Source: Balanoglossus misakiensis
Taxonomy: Eukaryota; Animalia; Hemichordata
Reading direction: 5' to 3'
NCBI GenBank assembly: GCA_040954595.2
Contig: CM082584.2
Location: 668,281 to 732,280 of the forward strand
DNA length: 64,000 nt
Shown: piece by piece, positions 25,027-37,814 of the stretch
Numbering within the stretch: the stretch's first letter is position 1
Layout of the letters: the number at the start of each line of letters is the position of its first letter
The notes under the pieces: generated by a model
What the model saw: the letters and a program-made list of their open reading frames with translations, nothing else
Database searches by the model: none
Told to the model about the DNA's origin: nothing
Translations under genes and position numbers: made by a program

Positions 25027-27338
25027 TTATGGTGTAATACGTGTACTACTTTCCTCAAGCAAGCACAGTTTGCGAACATCTCTACGCAATCTTCCTGTTT
25101 CAGTCTTCACTAGGACCTGGCGCACATTGCCGTACTGATCTGGGTAAGTTTGCTGAACTAGTCCTTTTGACCACTGTCCTCTTGGGATATTTTCCTCTAC
25201 CACGATAACCAAATCTCCAACAGTCAGATTTCTCTTGGGCTTCAACCACTTCTGTCTCTGCTGAAGGGAAGGCAGGTATTCGTGTAGCCATCGTTTCCAA
25301 AACGAGTTCGCTATGAGATTAGCTTGGTTCCTTCTGTGATTAGCTGTACTGGTCGTGACAGTGTCTGCAGGAGATGTGCATGGATTCGGCCTCAGTAGTA
25401 ACAGGCTATTAGGCGTCAGTGCTTCAAGGTCATTCGGGTCATCTGATTGACGGGTCAAAGGTCGATCATTGATAATCTTCTCCACCTCCGCCAAGACAGT
25501 AAGTAAAGTTTCGTCGTCAATTAGTTGGTTTCCAACGAGTGCTCGTAGGATTTTCCGCACTGAACGTATCATCCTTTCCCAAACTCCTCCAGTATGACTG
25601 GCTGCGGGTGCATTGAAATACCATTGGATATCCCTCTTGCGTAGACTATCAGTTATCTTCTCTTGATTCCAACTCGCTAGAGCTTCTTTGATTTCAGTTT
25701 CCGCTCCCCGGAAATTTGTTCCGTTGTCACTGTATACCGTTTTTGGTGGACCACGTCTGCTGACAAATCTCCATACTGCCTGAATAAATGAATCTGTGGA
25801 TAAACTGTGGGTGACTTCAATATGCACAGCTCGTATGGCGAGACAGGTGAATATACATCCGTATCGTTTGGACGTTCCTCTTCTCCACTTGACTTTCGGA
25901 GGACCAAAGAAGTCGATTCCCACTGCAGCAAATGCACTCTCACCTGGAGTAACTCTTGGGGTTGGAATTCTTCTGACAGTAGCTTGGCCTCTCAAAATCC
26001 AATATTCTTTTCGGATTCTGGATAACACATGGGTGGTTCCTACGTGACCTTCCTGCTCATGGAAAAACTGAACAATTAATTCGGTCACTTGATGATTATG
26101 GGGTAGAATAATAGGATGTTTTGTGGTTTCATCTATGGGGGCGTTGTTTAGTCTTCCACCAACGTGTATAATGCCATCTTTGTAGATTGGACTGAGTCTG
26201 CAAAGTGGACTGGTATATCCTTCAGAATCTGGTTTTCTGCTTGGATTCTTCAACTGTGTTGATATTTCCTTAGGAAACGCTTTCCGTTGAACGACTCTAA
26301 TGACTTCTAAGGTAGCATCGGACACTTCTGACACCGTTAGAGCACCAACCGGAACTTTACCATTTCCGCCATTCTCAATGCGAGCTCGGAGATACTTCTT
26401 GTATCGTAAAATCCAAGCGACAGATTTGCAAAGTTTGTACCATGACGAAAATCTGTGAATTAACGAATGGATGATATCAGTGTCATCTGTCTGGTTGCTG
26501 TTTACCACTGCGCATACCTTTGCCATTTTCAATTCGTTGTCCTCATCCGATATTCTTGGTAAGTCGGTAGGTTGGGTTGGCCAGTTTCCTTCAGATTTCC
26601 AGAGAAATTCTGGACCTTCGAACCACAGTTTGGACTTCGCTTTGGCGGCTTTCAAGGTAATACCTCGGGAGGCACAATCAGCTGGATTGAGTTGTGAAGG
26701 AACATGATGCCATTGTGACGGTAGTGTTGCATCGTGTATTAGTTGTAGGTGGTTGGCTACAAAGGTCTTGAAGCGTCTTGTTGAGCTGCAGATATATTGT
26801 ATAACAATGGTAGAGTCTGTCCAGAATCGCTCTCGATGGATAGGAAATTGAAGTTCTTCTTTTATCTGTTTGCTGACTTTAACGGCCACTGTTGCTGCTG
26901 TCAATTCCAATCTTGGTACTGTAATGGTCTTCAGTGGAGCAACTCTAGATTTGCCAGTCACGAGGCTGCAGTGAAAGTTACCACCTTTGTCAGTAAACCG
27001 TAGGTAGGAAACAACCCCATATCCTTCCGTTGAAGCATCGCAGAAATGATGAATTTCTATAGATTGTGGCTGGCCAAAACCTGGAGGTGTGTAACACCGT
27101 GGAATTACCATGGCTTTTAACATCGGTAACTTCTGTAACCATTCACGCCAAACAACTAGATATTTCACTGGTATGGCTTCATCCCATCCACATCCTTCTT
27201 TGCATAATTCTTGTAATAAGCGCTTAGCCGGCAATACAAATGGTGCAACAAATCCTAGTGGGTCGTACACAGATGCTACAACTGAGAGAATCCCTCTTCG
27301 AGTTTCACTTTTACTTTCCTTGCCAACTCTGAAGCTCA
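25027..27338 (-). CDS. BEL/Pao gag-pol, C-terminal part: RNase H, integrase, C-terminal domain
   Basis: TRRGILS..YDPLG, HFCDAS..GYG, KSRVAP..TVPRLEL, WTDS, NPAD..SRG, GIDFFGP, SDNGTNF, GGVWERM, FWKRW..EYL, RDVRKLC. In frame with the N-terminal part once the insertion is removed. Confidence 0.95.
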
Positions 27339-27772
27339 TACACTGCAAATTCTGCAAAAACAAGCCGGTTTGTACTCAAGCCATTCGGGTTTGCTGACAA
27401 GCCACCTCGTCATACTTGCCGAAACTTCGGTATTTCCACAAGCCGCTAAATTTTCTGGTGTGTGCCAGCAAGCCAGTCAATGTTAGAAAAATGGTTTGTA
27501 AATACGCCGCTGGACAACCTGTCTGGAATGGCTTATTATTAAGCCATTGAACACAATCTCTGGTTTGCTCGCAAACTTTAGTGATACTTATGTCTGGCTC
27601 GAATTTGTACCATATTTAACCTTGGCTGCATTTTAAGCCGTTGGAGTTAGTGGTCGCTTTTCAAACCATAAAAAGATGTATGTATGGTTTGAAAACACGC
27701 CATGGAAAACTTTGCCGGGATGTGGTTCATATACACGCCACGCTGGGCACAATGTCTTGCGAAATACCCTGA

Positions 27773-27890
27773 TTTGGCGCGCGAATGCAGGGTCAAAGGT
27801 TATTTATTACACAACTACAACGTTTTGACGCGAGAGAAGACGGTCCACGGGTGAGGAAGCCGATCGAATCACGTCGTTCCCTTTATAAAA
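27773..27890 (+). promoter_or_regulatory. Possible promoter remnant of the DNA transposon (E2F-like site plus TATA-like box)
   Basis: TTTGGCGCGCGAA at 27773-27785 and TATAAAA at 27884-27890 in a locally CpG-rich stretch. Motif match only. Confidence 0.3.
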
Positions 27891-28130
27891 TTCGTTCAGC
27901 GATTTACAATGCACTCAACCTGTTCCTAAGGTAGAACCGAAATACTATATGCGTGGATAATTACTTTGGCACCGAGCATCGTTATGGAAGGATGACATCT
28001 AATGACTTAGCAGTTGACCGCCAGCATCTACGAGACCGTAACATAGAACAATGCCGGTTGGGGTAAGTCCTGCTTCCATTCCATTTTGTGACAGTAACTA
28101 CATTTTTGCGAGCAGTGAAGATAATACAAA

Positions 28131-28850
28131 ATTAACAGGCCTGAATCCTGTATATACTGACTTGATCATGTGTTGATGATAGCTGAAAAGCATGTGAGAA
28201 GAAGTAATGTCAAAAGTTTGACAGCATAAAATGATAAAGTAGGGAGTGGGGCCCCAAAGGAATTTCATTATTCTTGCTATTTTCAGCCTCCATCCCCGTT
28301 CATTTTTGTTTATGCATTTTTGTGAGCGAAGGCGATGCAAAGTATGTCACTATTAACAGGCCCGAATCCTGTATATACTGACTTGATCATGTGTTGATGA
28401 TAGCTGAAAAGCATGTGAGAAGAAGTAATGTCAAAAGTTTGACAGCATAAAGTAGGGAGTGGGGCCCCAAAGGAATTTCATTATTCTTGCTATTTTCAGC
28501 CTCCATCCCCGTTCATTTTTGTTTATGCATTTTTGTGAGCGAAGACGATGCAAAGTATGTCACTATTAAAAGGCCTGAATCCTTTATATACTGCATTGAT
28601 CATGTGTGGATGGTTACAAAAAAGTCTGAGCAAATCAAAAGAATTTTTTTAATGCAGCTCTGGAGTGGGGCCCTATAGCGCTATAGCCTAGGAATTTCAC
28701 CATGCTTGCTATTGGCAGCCTACATCCCCATTCATGTTTGTTTATGCACTTTTACTAGTCAAGATAATTCAAAATATGTAATAATATCTATACTGTATTG
28801 ATCATTTGTAGATCGAGAGATATTTCAAATATATGAAGCTTCGAGTGGGG
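28131..28850. repeat. ~215-225-bp tandem repeat, ~3 progressively diverged copies, inside the DNA transposon
   Basis: attaa(c/a)aggcc(t/c)gaatcct..tatatactg recurs at ~28131, 28352 and 28565, with a degenerate copy near 28785. Confidence 0.85.
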
Positions 28851-29574
28851 CTAGTGGCAGTGGAAGTCAACATTGGGGGGGGGGGGGGGTAACCGCAATA
28901 AAAATGTTGTTTTGTGTTCCAATACTATATCAATGGATACCCATAATATTTAAATCATTGGCTGAATAATTTTTTTTTGATAAACCATGATCTCGGACCA
29001 CAGGATTATTTAACCCCTGCATGCCTGCGATTTGTAACAATAATGATTCCTACTTTAATTGAACCCCAGATATTTGCATAAGAATGAAATAAATGATCTT
29101 GGTTTTGCAGGAGTGGTGATACTGGTTATGGGAAGGAGCAGTTGTTATTTTATTAGGCACCACAAAAATATGAAAAAGTCAACAAGTAGCATTGATGTTG
29201 AAGCATACACGGTATGTATAATTAAGTAGATTTTGTTATTTTTTTAATATCCATTTTTGTCATCTAGTCATCTGTTTTCTTTACAGTTTAGTTTGTAGGG
29301 ACTTCATTATAAAATACCAACCACGTGGTTATAATTTCAGTATTGCATTTGGGAAGAGATTTTATTATTTATGCCTAAAAACTAATTTTAAAGGAACATG
29401 CCTATCCGTATTTATTAATATAGTCCAGCTATCATGTATGTAACATGTATTCAGTTATAGTCAAAGGAAACAATTCACTAAACTCTAGGTGCGAAATTTC
29501 ATGCATTGCTCATTGAATCAATTTCATCTTGTTTGTTACATGCTGTGTATCTCATGGTTATGTTTGTGTTTCAT

Positions 29575-30273
29575 GGTTGCTGCCTATAACATTAGGATGT
29601 CTCCATATTGTAGTGTTGTATCGATCAGTCTCATGTTCTCATATGGTTGCTGCCTATAACAGTAGGATGGCACCATATCGTAGTGTTGTATCGGTCAGTC
29701 TCATGTTCTCATATGGTTGCTGCCTATAACAGTAGGATGGCACCATATCGTAGTGTTGTATCAGTCAGTCTCATGTTCTCATATGGTTGCTGCCTATAAC
29801 ATTAGGATGGCACCATATCGTAGTGTTGTATCGGTCAGTCTCATGTTCTCATATGGTTGCTGCCTATAACAGTAGGATGGCACCATATCGTAGTGTTGTA
29901 TCGGTCAGTCTCATGTTCTCATATGGTTGCTGCCTATAACAGTAGGATGGCACCATATCGTAGTGTTGTATCAGTCAGTCTCATGTTCTCATATGGTTGC
30001 TGCCTATAACATTAGGATGGCACCATATCGTAGTGTTGTATCGGTCAGTCTCATGTTCTCATATGGTTGCTGCCTATAACAGTAGGATGGCACCATATCG
30101 TAGTGTTGTATCGGTCAGTCTCATGTTCTCATATGGTTGCTGCCTATAACAGTAGGATGGCACCATATCGTAGTGTTGTATCGGTCAGTCTCATGTTCTC
30201 ATATGGTTGCTGCCTATAACAGTAGGATGGCACCATATCGTAGTGTTTTGTGGTATGTGTGTCAGTCTCATGG
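29575..30273. repeat. 70-bp minisatellite, ~10 copies, inside the DNA transposon
   Basis: Unit ggttgctgcctataacagtaggatggcaccatatcgtagtgttgtatcggtcagtctcatgttctcatat at exact 70-bp spacing. Confidence 0.97.
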
Positions 30274-31933
30274 TCATTCCCCATTGATAAATAGAGAGAC
30301 ACTATCTTCTTTTGTTGAGTATGTCTCATACGAGTCATTGTCATATTTTCTTGTGTACATATGTGTTATGTGTTGTTTTCATGCTGGAAATTGTTTCTAA
30401 TATACACTCATGTTAATTTCTAACAAGATTGTTTTCTCTTTTAGTTTTTCACTATTTGAGAGTGTTTCCCATTGAAAGAAGACGAAGTTTCATAGTAAGG
30501 AAGAAGATACTCAAGGCTACTGCCATGACTCCAATACTCAAATGCATATAAAGGAGGATTTAAAAGTACTTTTCCACACTTAATGGTGACTTTGAAATCT
30601 GTATTCATGTCAGTTTTGACAAACAGTAGATAAAAAAAATGAGGCATTTTGATGGATTGAAATGATTTTCCCTAACCACTGAACGGAAAATGAGATAAAA
30701 GTTTTATTGTATATATTTTCTATCATTTATGTGGTTAATTCATTTGATTTACATAATACCATGTATTTACCGTTGTTCCTTTTTTCTTACATTGTCATTA
30801 CAATAATAATGATTGACCAAAAAAAGATCTTTCTCGGTGTGCTTTTTTGACAGGTTAACATACCATTGACTGTGGAGTACTAAGATGCTGCACATTATGA
30901 CACATGTTATGCTTCAAGACCAAGTTATTTAAGGGCATAGTAACTAACTTTGGGCTATTTTTTATGTATTTTTGTTCAGTGTATCGACTCCTTATTTCTG
31001 TTCTACTCCTTAAAGCATGATTAACTGCCCAGGTTCGGGATCTCAACTTTGGCCTTTGCAAATGAGTTCAGGTCTGGACTAAAATTATGTTTTTTGACAA
31101 TTGCTGATTGTACAATTATGGCAGTGTATAGAATCTAGTAAATGGCATTGCATCATGCTTTGGTGAGTTGAACAAGAAACTGCAGTCACTTGAAAGAGCA
31201 AAAATGCTAAAAATGGCCCAAATTTATAACTATAGCTTTTAGGTAAACAGAAGCAAAACATGCAATTCAAATGTTTGGCTTGCTTACAAACTGCATTCTG
31301 TGTAAGAATGGTTTGTATACATGTACATGCCAAAGCCTAAGCAGAGTGGCTGATTTTTAAACCACTGCTCAAGCATTCTCAGTTTGTCAGCAAACCAGGA
31401 AATGCTAATTTTTGGTTTGCTGGCAAACTGAAGTGATTCATGTTTGGTTTGCTAGCACACCAGTTTTAAGTAGAAGTTGGCTTTCAGACAAGCCAATGTA
31501 AATTTTAAGGGTTTACATACAACCCCCTTGTATTATTCGACGGTTTGTTGGTAAGCCATTGTTTTAGAAAGTGGCTTACATGCAAGCCATCATAATATAT
31601 TCATTGGTTTATATACAAACCCCTTAGATTTGTGATGGTTTGTTGACAAACCACTGGATAATGAATCGGTGTGTCTTCAAGCTCATTTGCTGAATAGAAT
31701 GGCAGGCCAGCAAGCCATATTTCATTACTATGGTTGGCCTACACACCACTCATTAAACTTGCTGTGGTCTATCAGCAAGCCGGTAAGTTATATAAAACGG
31801 CAACTCAGCAAGCTAAATTCAAGCCAAAATCATGCCAAATTTGAAGAAACGAAAGAAGCCGATTTGCGACAAACAAGCCGGTTTGGATTTGGCTTGAATT
31901 TAGCTTGCAGGAAAGCCAGAAGAATTTGCAGTG

Positions 31934-34900
31934 TAGTATCTTCTTGAATGTCCCATTGTACACCAAGAGCTCTGTCAACTGGTAAGTCTTCCAGGTCTAA
32001 ATTCATCACAGATGGCGCCCTTTCTTCTGACGGGATGGAGGACAATACTTCTGTGCAATTAGAAATCCATTTGGTCAGATGAAATCCACCATTAGACAAA
32101 AGAGCTGAAACTTCAGTGATGAGTCTCTTGGCTGTGTCCACGGCAAGTACTGATTTTAAGAAATCATCCACGTAGAAATTTCTGTAGACAGCATCTATGA
32201 TGTCCGAGTCGAAGTTACTTCTATTGTCATCAGCTGTTCTCCGGAGGGCGTATGCTGAACAACTAGGTGATGATGTCGCGCCAAACAAATGAACAAGCAT
32301 TTGATGATCGACGGGCTCCTTCGTGAGGTCACCGTTAGGCCACCATAGGAATCGCAGGACATCACAATCTTCGGGGTCGACATGAACTTGGTGAAACATT
32401 TGCTTGATATCAGCAACCACTGCAACAGGATACTGACGGAACCGTAGCAAGACTCCAACCAAGGAATTGGTCAAATCCGGACCCTGCAGGAGTTGATCGT
32501 TCAGTGAAGTTCCTCCACATTTGGCAGCACAATCGAAGACGACTCTCACCTTTTCTGGTTTCATGGGATGCGTCACCGGATGATGAGGTAGGTACCATAA
32601 CCGTATATCGTCTTCTTTGTTTTCATCAGATACTTCTTTTGCATGACCTTGTACAATATAGTCTTGTATAGTTGTACTGTACTTTTCATGGAGATCTGGA
32701 TCTTTAAGTAGACGTCTTTTGAGTAGGTTGAGTCGTTTCTCAGCTACATGCCTGTTATTTGGTAAGGCTGGTTCTTCAAATTTCCAAGGTAGCTTCAACT
32801 GATAGTGGCCATTTTGTAGACGGACAGATCGATCCATTATCGCCTTTGCCCTTCGGTCTTCTAATGACATGCATTCTTTAGTATCCACTAGATTTTCGTT
32901 GAAGTCGGCATTGTACATCCTTTCCAATTGTGATGAAATGGACTCCATACCTTTGATAGAAGTATCACTGTCGATGATCTGGTCCATATTGATACAGTTG
33001 ATTGATGAGTTGGTTTCTTTCTTTCCTTTCATCGGCCCAATCAACGTCCATCCAAGTAATGTTCGGATTGCGTATGGTTGTTTTCTCCCGGCACGTCTTT
33101 CCTCCAGGACCCAGTGTGCTTCTGGAATGTCGTTACCGATCAGGATTGTGACTTCCTTGTTCTGCAATTCTGGTAATTCAACATCCTTCAGATGAGACCA
33201 TTCCTTCGTATCCTCTGCTGTTGGTATACTGTTTGCCGTTATGGGAAGTTTGTCCGTCGTCCATACCTTATCAAGATGAACACTTTGATTTCTATGTAGA
33301 CCTCGTACATCTAATTTAACTTCACGTCCATACTTCTTCGTTTCAGCATCGAGTGTGGAAAGTGTATATGTAATGGGTTGTCCACCCAAACCAAGTCTGT
33401 CTGCTAGAGATGAGAGACATATTGTTGTGTCTGAACCATTGTCCAGGAATGCATAAGTTTCAATCTCTGCTCCTCCCTCCACTCCACTTACTCGGACTGG
33501 TACAACTTGTAGGCTGATACGTGGCTTGTTTGTCCTGGTTGCTTTACAATGAACGGTGTTACCGGCCCCATTGGTTACTTCAGAATTCCCGTCACTTTTC
33601 TCGTCTTTATTCTTCCCAAGACGTGTTGTGGGTGGAGCTGGTCTACCACTTCCACTGGGATACACTTCATTTGACGACTGGCTAGGATGTGACGATACTG
33701 GGTGTAGTAATGGGTGGTGAAGTCTTCCACAGTCAGTTACTGGACAAAACAATCCACTTTTGCAGTTTTTAGCGAAGTGTCGAGGGGTTGCTTCCAGACA
33801 ACAATCACAGAGGTTCTGTTTTCGCACAAACGTTTTCTTCTCCATGAACGACTTCCTGGCAAACTTCCGGCATCTCTGCAGTTGGTGTTGTCCTTGGCAG
33901 AAAAGACATCTAATTTCTCTCTTGGATTGGCAGTAGGGTTTGTCTTGCGTCTTGCCGTACATTTCATGACTTACTTGTGTGGTCAAAGTAGTAGCCTTGG
34001 TGAATTGTTTGACCCTGGACTTTACGTCTCTCTCTGGTTCTGGTTTTGATCCAACCAACATCCCGAATCTTGTATTGGCCAAGGCTGCTCGCTTCTCCAA
34101 AAACGCTGTCAGATGGATGAATTCTGGTTCAATACCGGAGTAAATCATTCTTCCAGCTTCTTTTGCCCATTCTCCTTGTAGAAATGTAGGTAGGCGTCTC
34201 ACTATCTTCTCCAATGTATCCATGGAGTTCAGATCAGCGGTGTATTTCATTTGGCTGGAACACATATGACAATTATTCATGTCACGTGCCAACTGTAGCA
34301 ACTTTGATGTGTCCGTGGCCTTGATCTGTGGTCCCTTGACGACTTTGTCTATGGTGGCATGGACGATCGTGTGTTTCTGGCCGAAATTCTGGTATAATAT
34401 TTTCCTTGCTTCAGTGTAACCTTGTTCTGGAGGTAGAATCACACAGTTCTTGATTGCTTCTTTGGCTGGTCCAGTGCAGTATTGGATGAGATAAGCCAAT
34501 CTAGTGCCATCATTGGTTGTTCCCTTTACAATGTTTATCTCAAAATTTCTGATGAACGTGGGGTACACTACTGGGTCACCATTAAACGATAGGAATTCCC
34601 GCTTCGGCAAATTCAAACTAGTTACAAGTGCTTGCGTGGCTTCACTCTGTTGTCTTATCATACTCTGTAGGATTTCGTGTTGCCCATCCCGCAATGGACT
34701 TGGTTCATTTCTATAAAGTTGTTCCCCAATATTGTGGTCCACGGGCTGCCATTCTGGTGCATTCGGATTTAATGCTGCCACATTGCCCTCCAACTGTTTC
34801 ACATTTTCGGACAGCGGTCTGTCTTTAAGCAAAGTTGTTATTGTGTTGAACTGGGAAACTTCTACTGGGGGACCACTCGACAATACATGGGGGTGATAAT

Positions 34901-35810
34901 CTTGAAAAGACTGGATATACCTGTCAATCTTCTCACTTGGACTGGTCATCTTTGCTTCACTTGTATCAACAGAATATTCTTCGGAATTAAACGAAGTTCC
35001 CTCTTCTGCTAATTCAGCCTCCATTTCAGCCTGTTTTAACTTCTGTTGAACGTCTAGAATCTTCAATGTTGACTGCATCTTTATTTCTTCTTCTCGAAGT
35101 CGCAGATCACGAAGCTTGGCTTTGGCTTCTTCTTCTTGCTGTATCTTTTCAAGTTCAAGCTGGGTTTCCAATATCTTCCTTCTTGCAATTCTTGAAGCTC
35201 GACTTGCCTTTGAACTCGATAAAGAACATATATTACTTGTCTGCCGGTTACCATTTCCATAAGACGTTTGACTATGTGATTTCTTTTTTACAGATTTTAC
35301 CTGGTCCTTGGTAGAGTGACATGAATTTTTGGAAGCCGCTGAACCGTTGACATCATCCTCTTGTGAAGCTGGTGGCACTTCTGGCTCCAACCCACGTGAC
35401 GGAGTTGTTATCGTGATTCGATGAGACGAAATCCAGTTCTTCAGGCGTTGTTCCAGACACTCTTTTCTGTTAACTTCAGATTCGTGTTCAAGTCGTACAC
35501 TTTCTTGTTCGGACCTTGAAAGATGTTTCTGATATTCATAACAAGTATTTGTATATGAAGTAAAAATCCTATCCAAGTCTTCTTTCTTTTTGGTAACTGC
35601 TTGGTAGTCAGGCGACGACATTAACATGGTCTCTACATCCATGTAAATACGTGTCATATGGCCGCGGTAAGCGATAATTGATCTCCTTAATTTGGGAACT
35701 AAATTTTCTTCTCTTGTTGAGCTAGCTGTTTTTGATGAACTGCTACTCTTGACGGAGACAGGGCCTGGTGCTGCTGGAACGTGGAACATCTCGTCGTTTC
35801 CAGTTGCCAT
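31934..35810 (-). CDS. BEL/Pao gag-pol, N-terminal part: Gag, three Cys/His knuckles, aspartic protease, reverse transcriptase
   Basis: FNGDP..RLAYL..LYQNFG; CLFCQGQHQLQRC, CDCC..H..C, C..C..HHPLLH; AFLDNGS; YLPHHPV, RVVFD, SLND.L.QGP, ADIKQMF, FGATSSP, FYVDD. No internal stops. Confidence 0.95.
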
Positions 35811-35819
35811 GACTTTCTA

Positions 35820-36517
35820 ATGTATCTGCTAGTACACGGTTACACCAGGTTTCAGTCCAACGTCATCTGAGAACTATGTAGGATCCAATTCCTACTTGCA
35901 TGGGCCCCTCGACACTCGTGTTGTATAAAAATTCTCCTTTTATTTTACTCTCTACGAGGAGCAAACTGTTCGGTGCATACAAAATAGACCGTGCACGACG
36001 TAATAACACGGTTCTAATACTGGTATAACACTGGTATAACACGGGTACAACACGGTTCTGTATAAACAAATACATAGACGAAATAAATTCAAGTAAGTAT
36101 TCAAAGGTAAATGTAAAATGCCGATACAGAAGTTCAAACTCAATTACAAAGCAAATTCCAAAAATACAGCGTTTACAGGTAAGTAAATTCAAATCAATTC
36201 TATTCAATCGCTCAAAATTAATGGTTTATAAATGAAGTAGTCTGCGTCCTGGATAGTCGCTGCTTCTGTTGAAAGACCGCTCTGTATCGCTAAATAAAAC
36301 AGTCTTACCTCAGATGGTGACGCTTTTAGGGGCTCAAAAAGCATGCAGTGCAGTGGTCACAAACATGTAGCCTAGAAGGCCTGACGTGGCAAAATGAAAA
36401 CTTGCACACTGGCGAGGTGCCAATTTATAGTGAAAAGGAAATTTGCATATTGGATAACCACTATGTGCATGTGCACCTGCACACACAGCCATCCAATCAG
36501 GGAGGACTGCACTTACA
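35820..36517 (-). repeat. Putative 5' LTR of the BEL/Pao element (inner boundary uncertain)
   Basis: Starts TGT at the satellite junction, contains AGTAAAATAAAA (minus, ~35938-35949), and has a candidate ..GATACA end at ~35820. No second LTR exists to confirm the boundary. Confidence 0.55.
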
Positions 36518-37810
36518 CCGGCTCTATATGACACAGACTGGCGTAAGTTATCAACGGTGATTACGTCGGATTTCCTACGGCCTGGTTTAGCTGAAGCTAA
36601 AGACGTTGGCTAATCGGGCAAACCGAAGAGGGAAAGTCACAGCGGGTCAACACTCGACATTTGTTCGGGTAGGACTGCATTATTGCCTGTCAATTTATAG
36701 AGAAAGCCCGAATTTTACCAGGGCGTTTCAAACACCGACGTTAGTTGGGGGCACGGCCTGCAGTACTGCCGGGTAAGCTGACATCGGCGTACCGCATATA
36801 ATGTAGGGGGGGGGGGAAACAGAACGGTTCAATACTAGCTAATTTTGGACAATCATCTAAAATCTAAATCATTTTTTCATATTTGGATATCTGATGATGT
36901 ATGAAATTTCCATCATATGTAAAAATGGTGCTGATTATAAAAAATGCACTCTGAATGAGCTGATTTAATACAAAATTGCGTTTTATTCGTTTTTGCACCA
37001 AAAAGGTCATTTTTAGGCAAAACATTCTTTTTTTTTTTAATTCGGTGACCTCATCATATATAAACAATTGCTTGTATGTTAAAAGTTTTTATGACTTTTA
37101 AAAGCAGTGACACTGGCGGCATTCAACACGAAAATAACAATTTTAGCCACAATTTGGTCAAAATGGTAAATTTTTGAAAATTACAAAAAATACCTGTTTT
37201 CTACATTTTCGGAAATCTGATGGAGTATAGAATGCTCTTCGTATGTATATATCGATATAAATTCCACAAAAGACAGTCTAATATGGCTCACTGCAGACAA
37301 AATTGCGTTTTACCAAATTTACCTTGAAAATGTCATTTTTAGAAAAAGAAAAAAAAACACCTTTGTTCCTCGAATTTGGTGCCCTGATCATATATGACAT
37401 GTTGATTGTATGTTAAAACTTTCGACCACTCCAAAAATGCAGAGATATTGACGGAATTCAAGAAAAAATAGCCATTTTGGCCATATTTTGACAAAAATGG
37501 TAAATTTTTAAAAAATCATCAAAAAATAAACTCTTTTCTTCATTTTCGGAAATAGTATGGAGCATGAAGTGTCGTTCTCTTGTAAAAAGTGCTGCAAATT
37601 CCAGAAAAGGCAGTATAATTTGAATCACCCAAGACAAAATTACCCTTTTCGACTTTTTTTCGAACAATTGTCTTTTTTACAAAATAAATAAGAATAAATT
37701 CTTTTCTTAGTTTGAAACGGGTAGAGATACTTTCCACACGGGTTTTCTAACAATGAATTCCCGTTCATCAACTCAGATTTCCTACAGCATAAGTCGGCTA
37801 AAATCCTGAC
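36518..37810 (+). repeat. Macrosatellite, forward block 2 (one partial unit with private deletions)
   Basis: Same sequence and orientation as block 1; ~180-bp deletion at ~36597 and ~16-bp deletion at ~36837. Confidence 0.95.
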
Positions 37811-37814
37811 TATG

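Larger units (their letters stand above)
27341..31933. mobile_element. Non-autonomous CACTA/EnSpm-like (CMC) DNA transposon, 4593 bp
   Basis: Perfect 13-bp TIRs CACTGCAAATTCT / AGAATTTGCAGTG; TA duplicated at 27339-27340 and 31934-31935; many subterminal (c)aagcc/caaacc motifs in both orientations at both ends; no transposase ORF. The insertion is certain; the superfamily is inferred. Confidence 0.88.
24989..36517 (-). mobile_element. BEL/Pao LTR retrotransposon inserted in the macrosatellite; 3' LTR missing; interrupted by a DNA transposon
   Basis: Satellite stops at ..ctacggcgtga (24988) and resumes at ccggctctatatg (36518) within the same subrepeat. The minus strand begins TGTAAG at 36517. 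Gag-pol has the BEL/Pao domain order. Confidence 0.93.

Noticed and set aside
30441-31333. Short minus-strand ORFs inside the DNA transposon as transposase exons
   Set aside because: No recognisable motifs and no consistent splice model.
31830-31933. C-terminal tail of the 1326-aa ORF (and the MFLQNLQC start of the 778-aa ORF)
   Set aside because: Read-through into the inserted transposon ends. The two ORFs are halves of one gag-pol.
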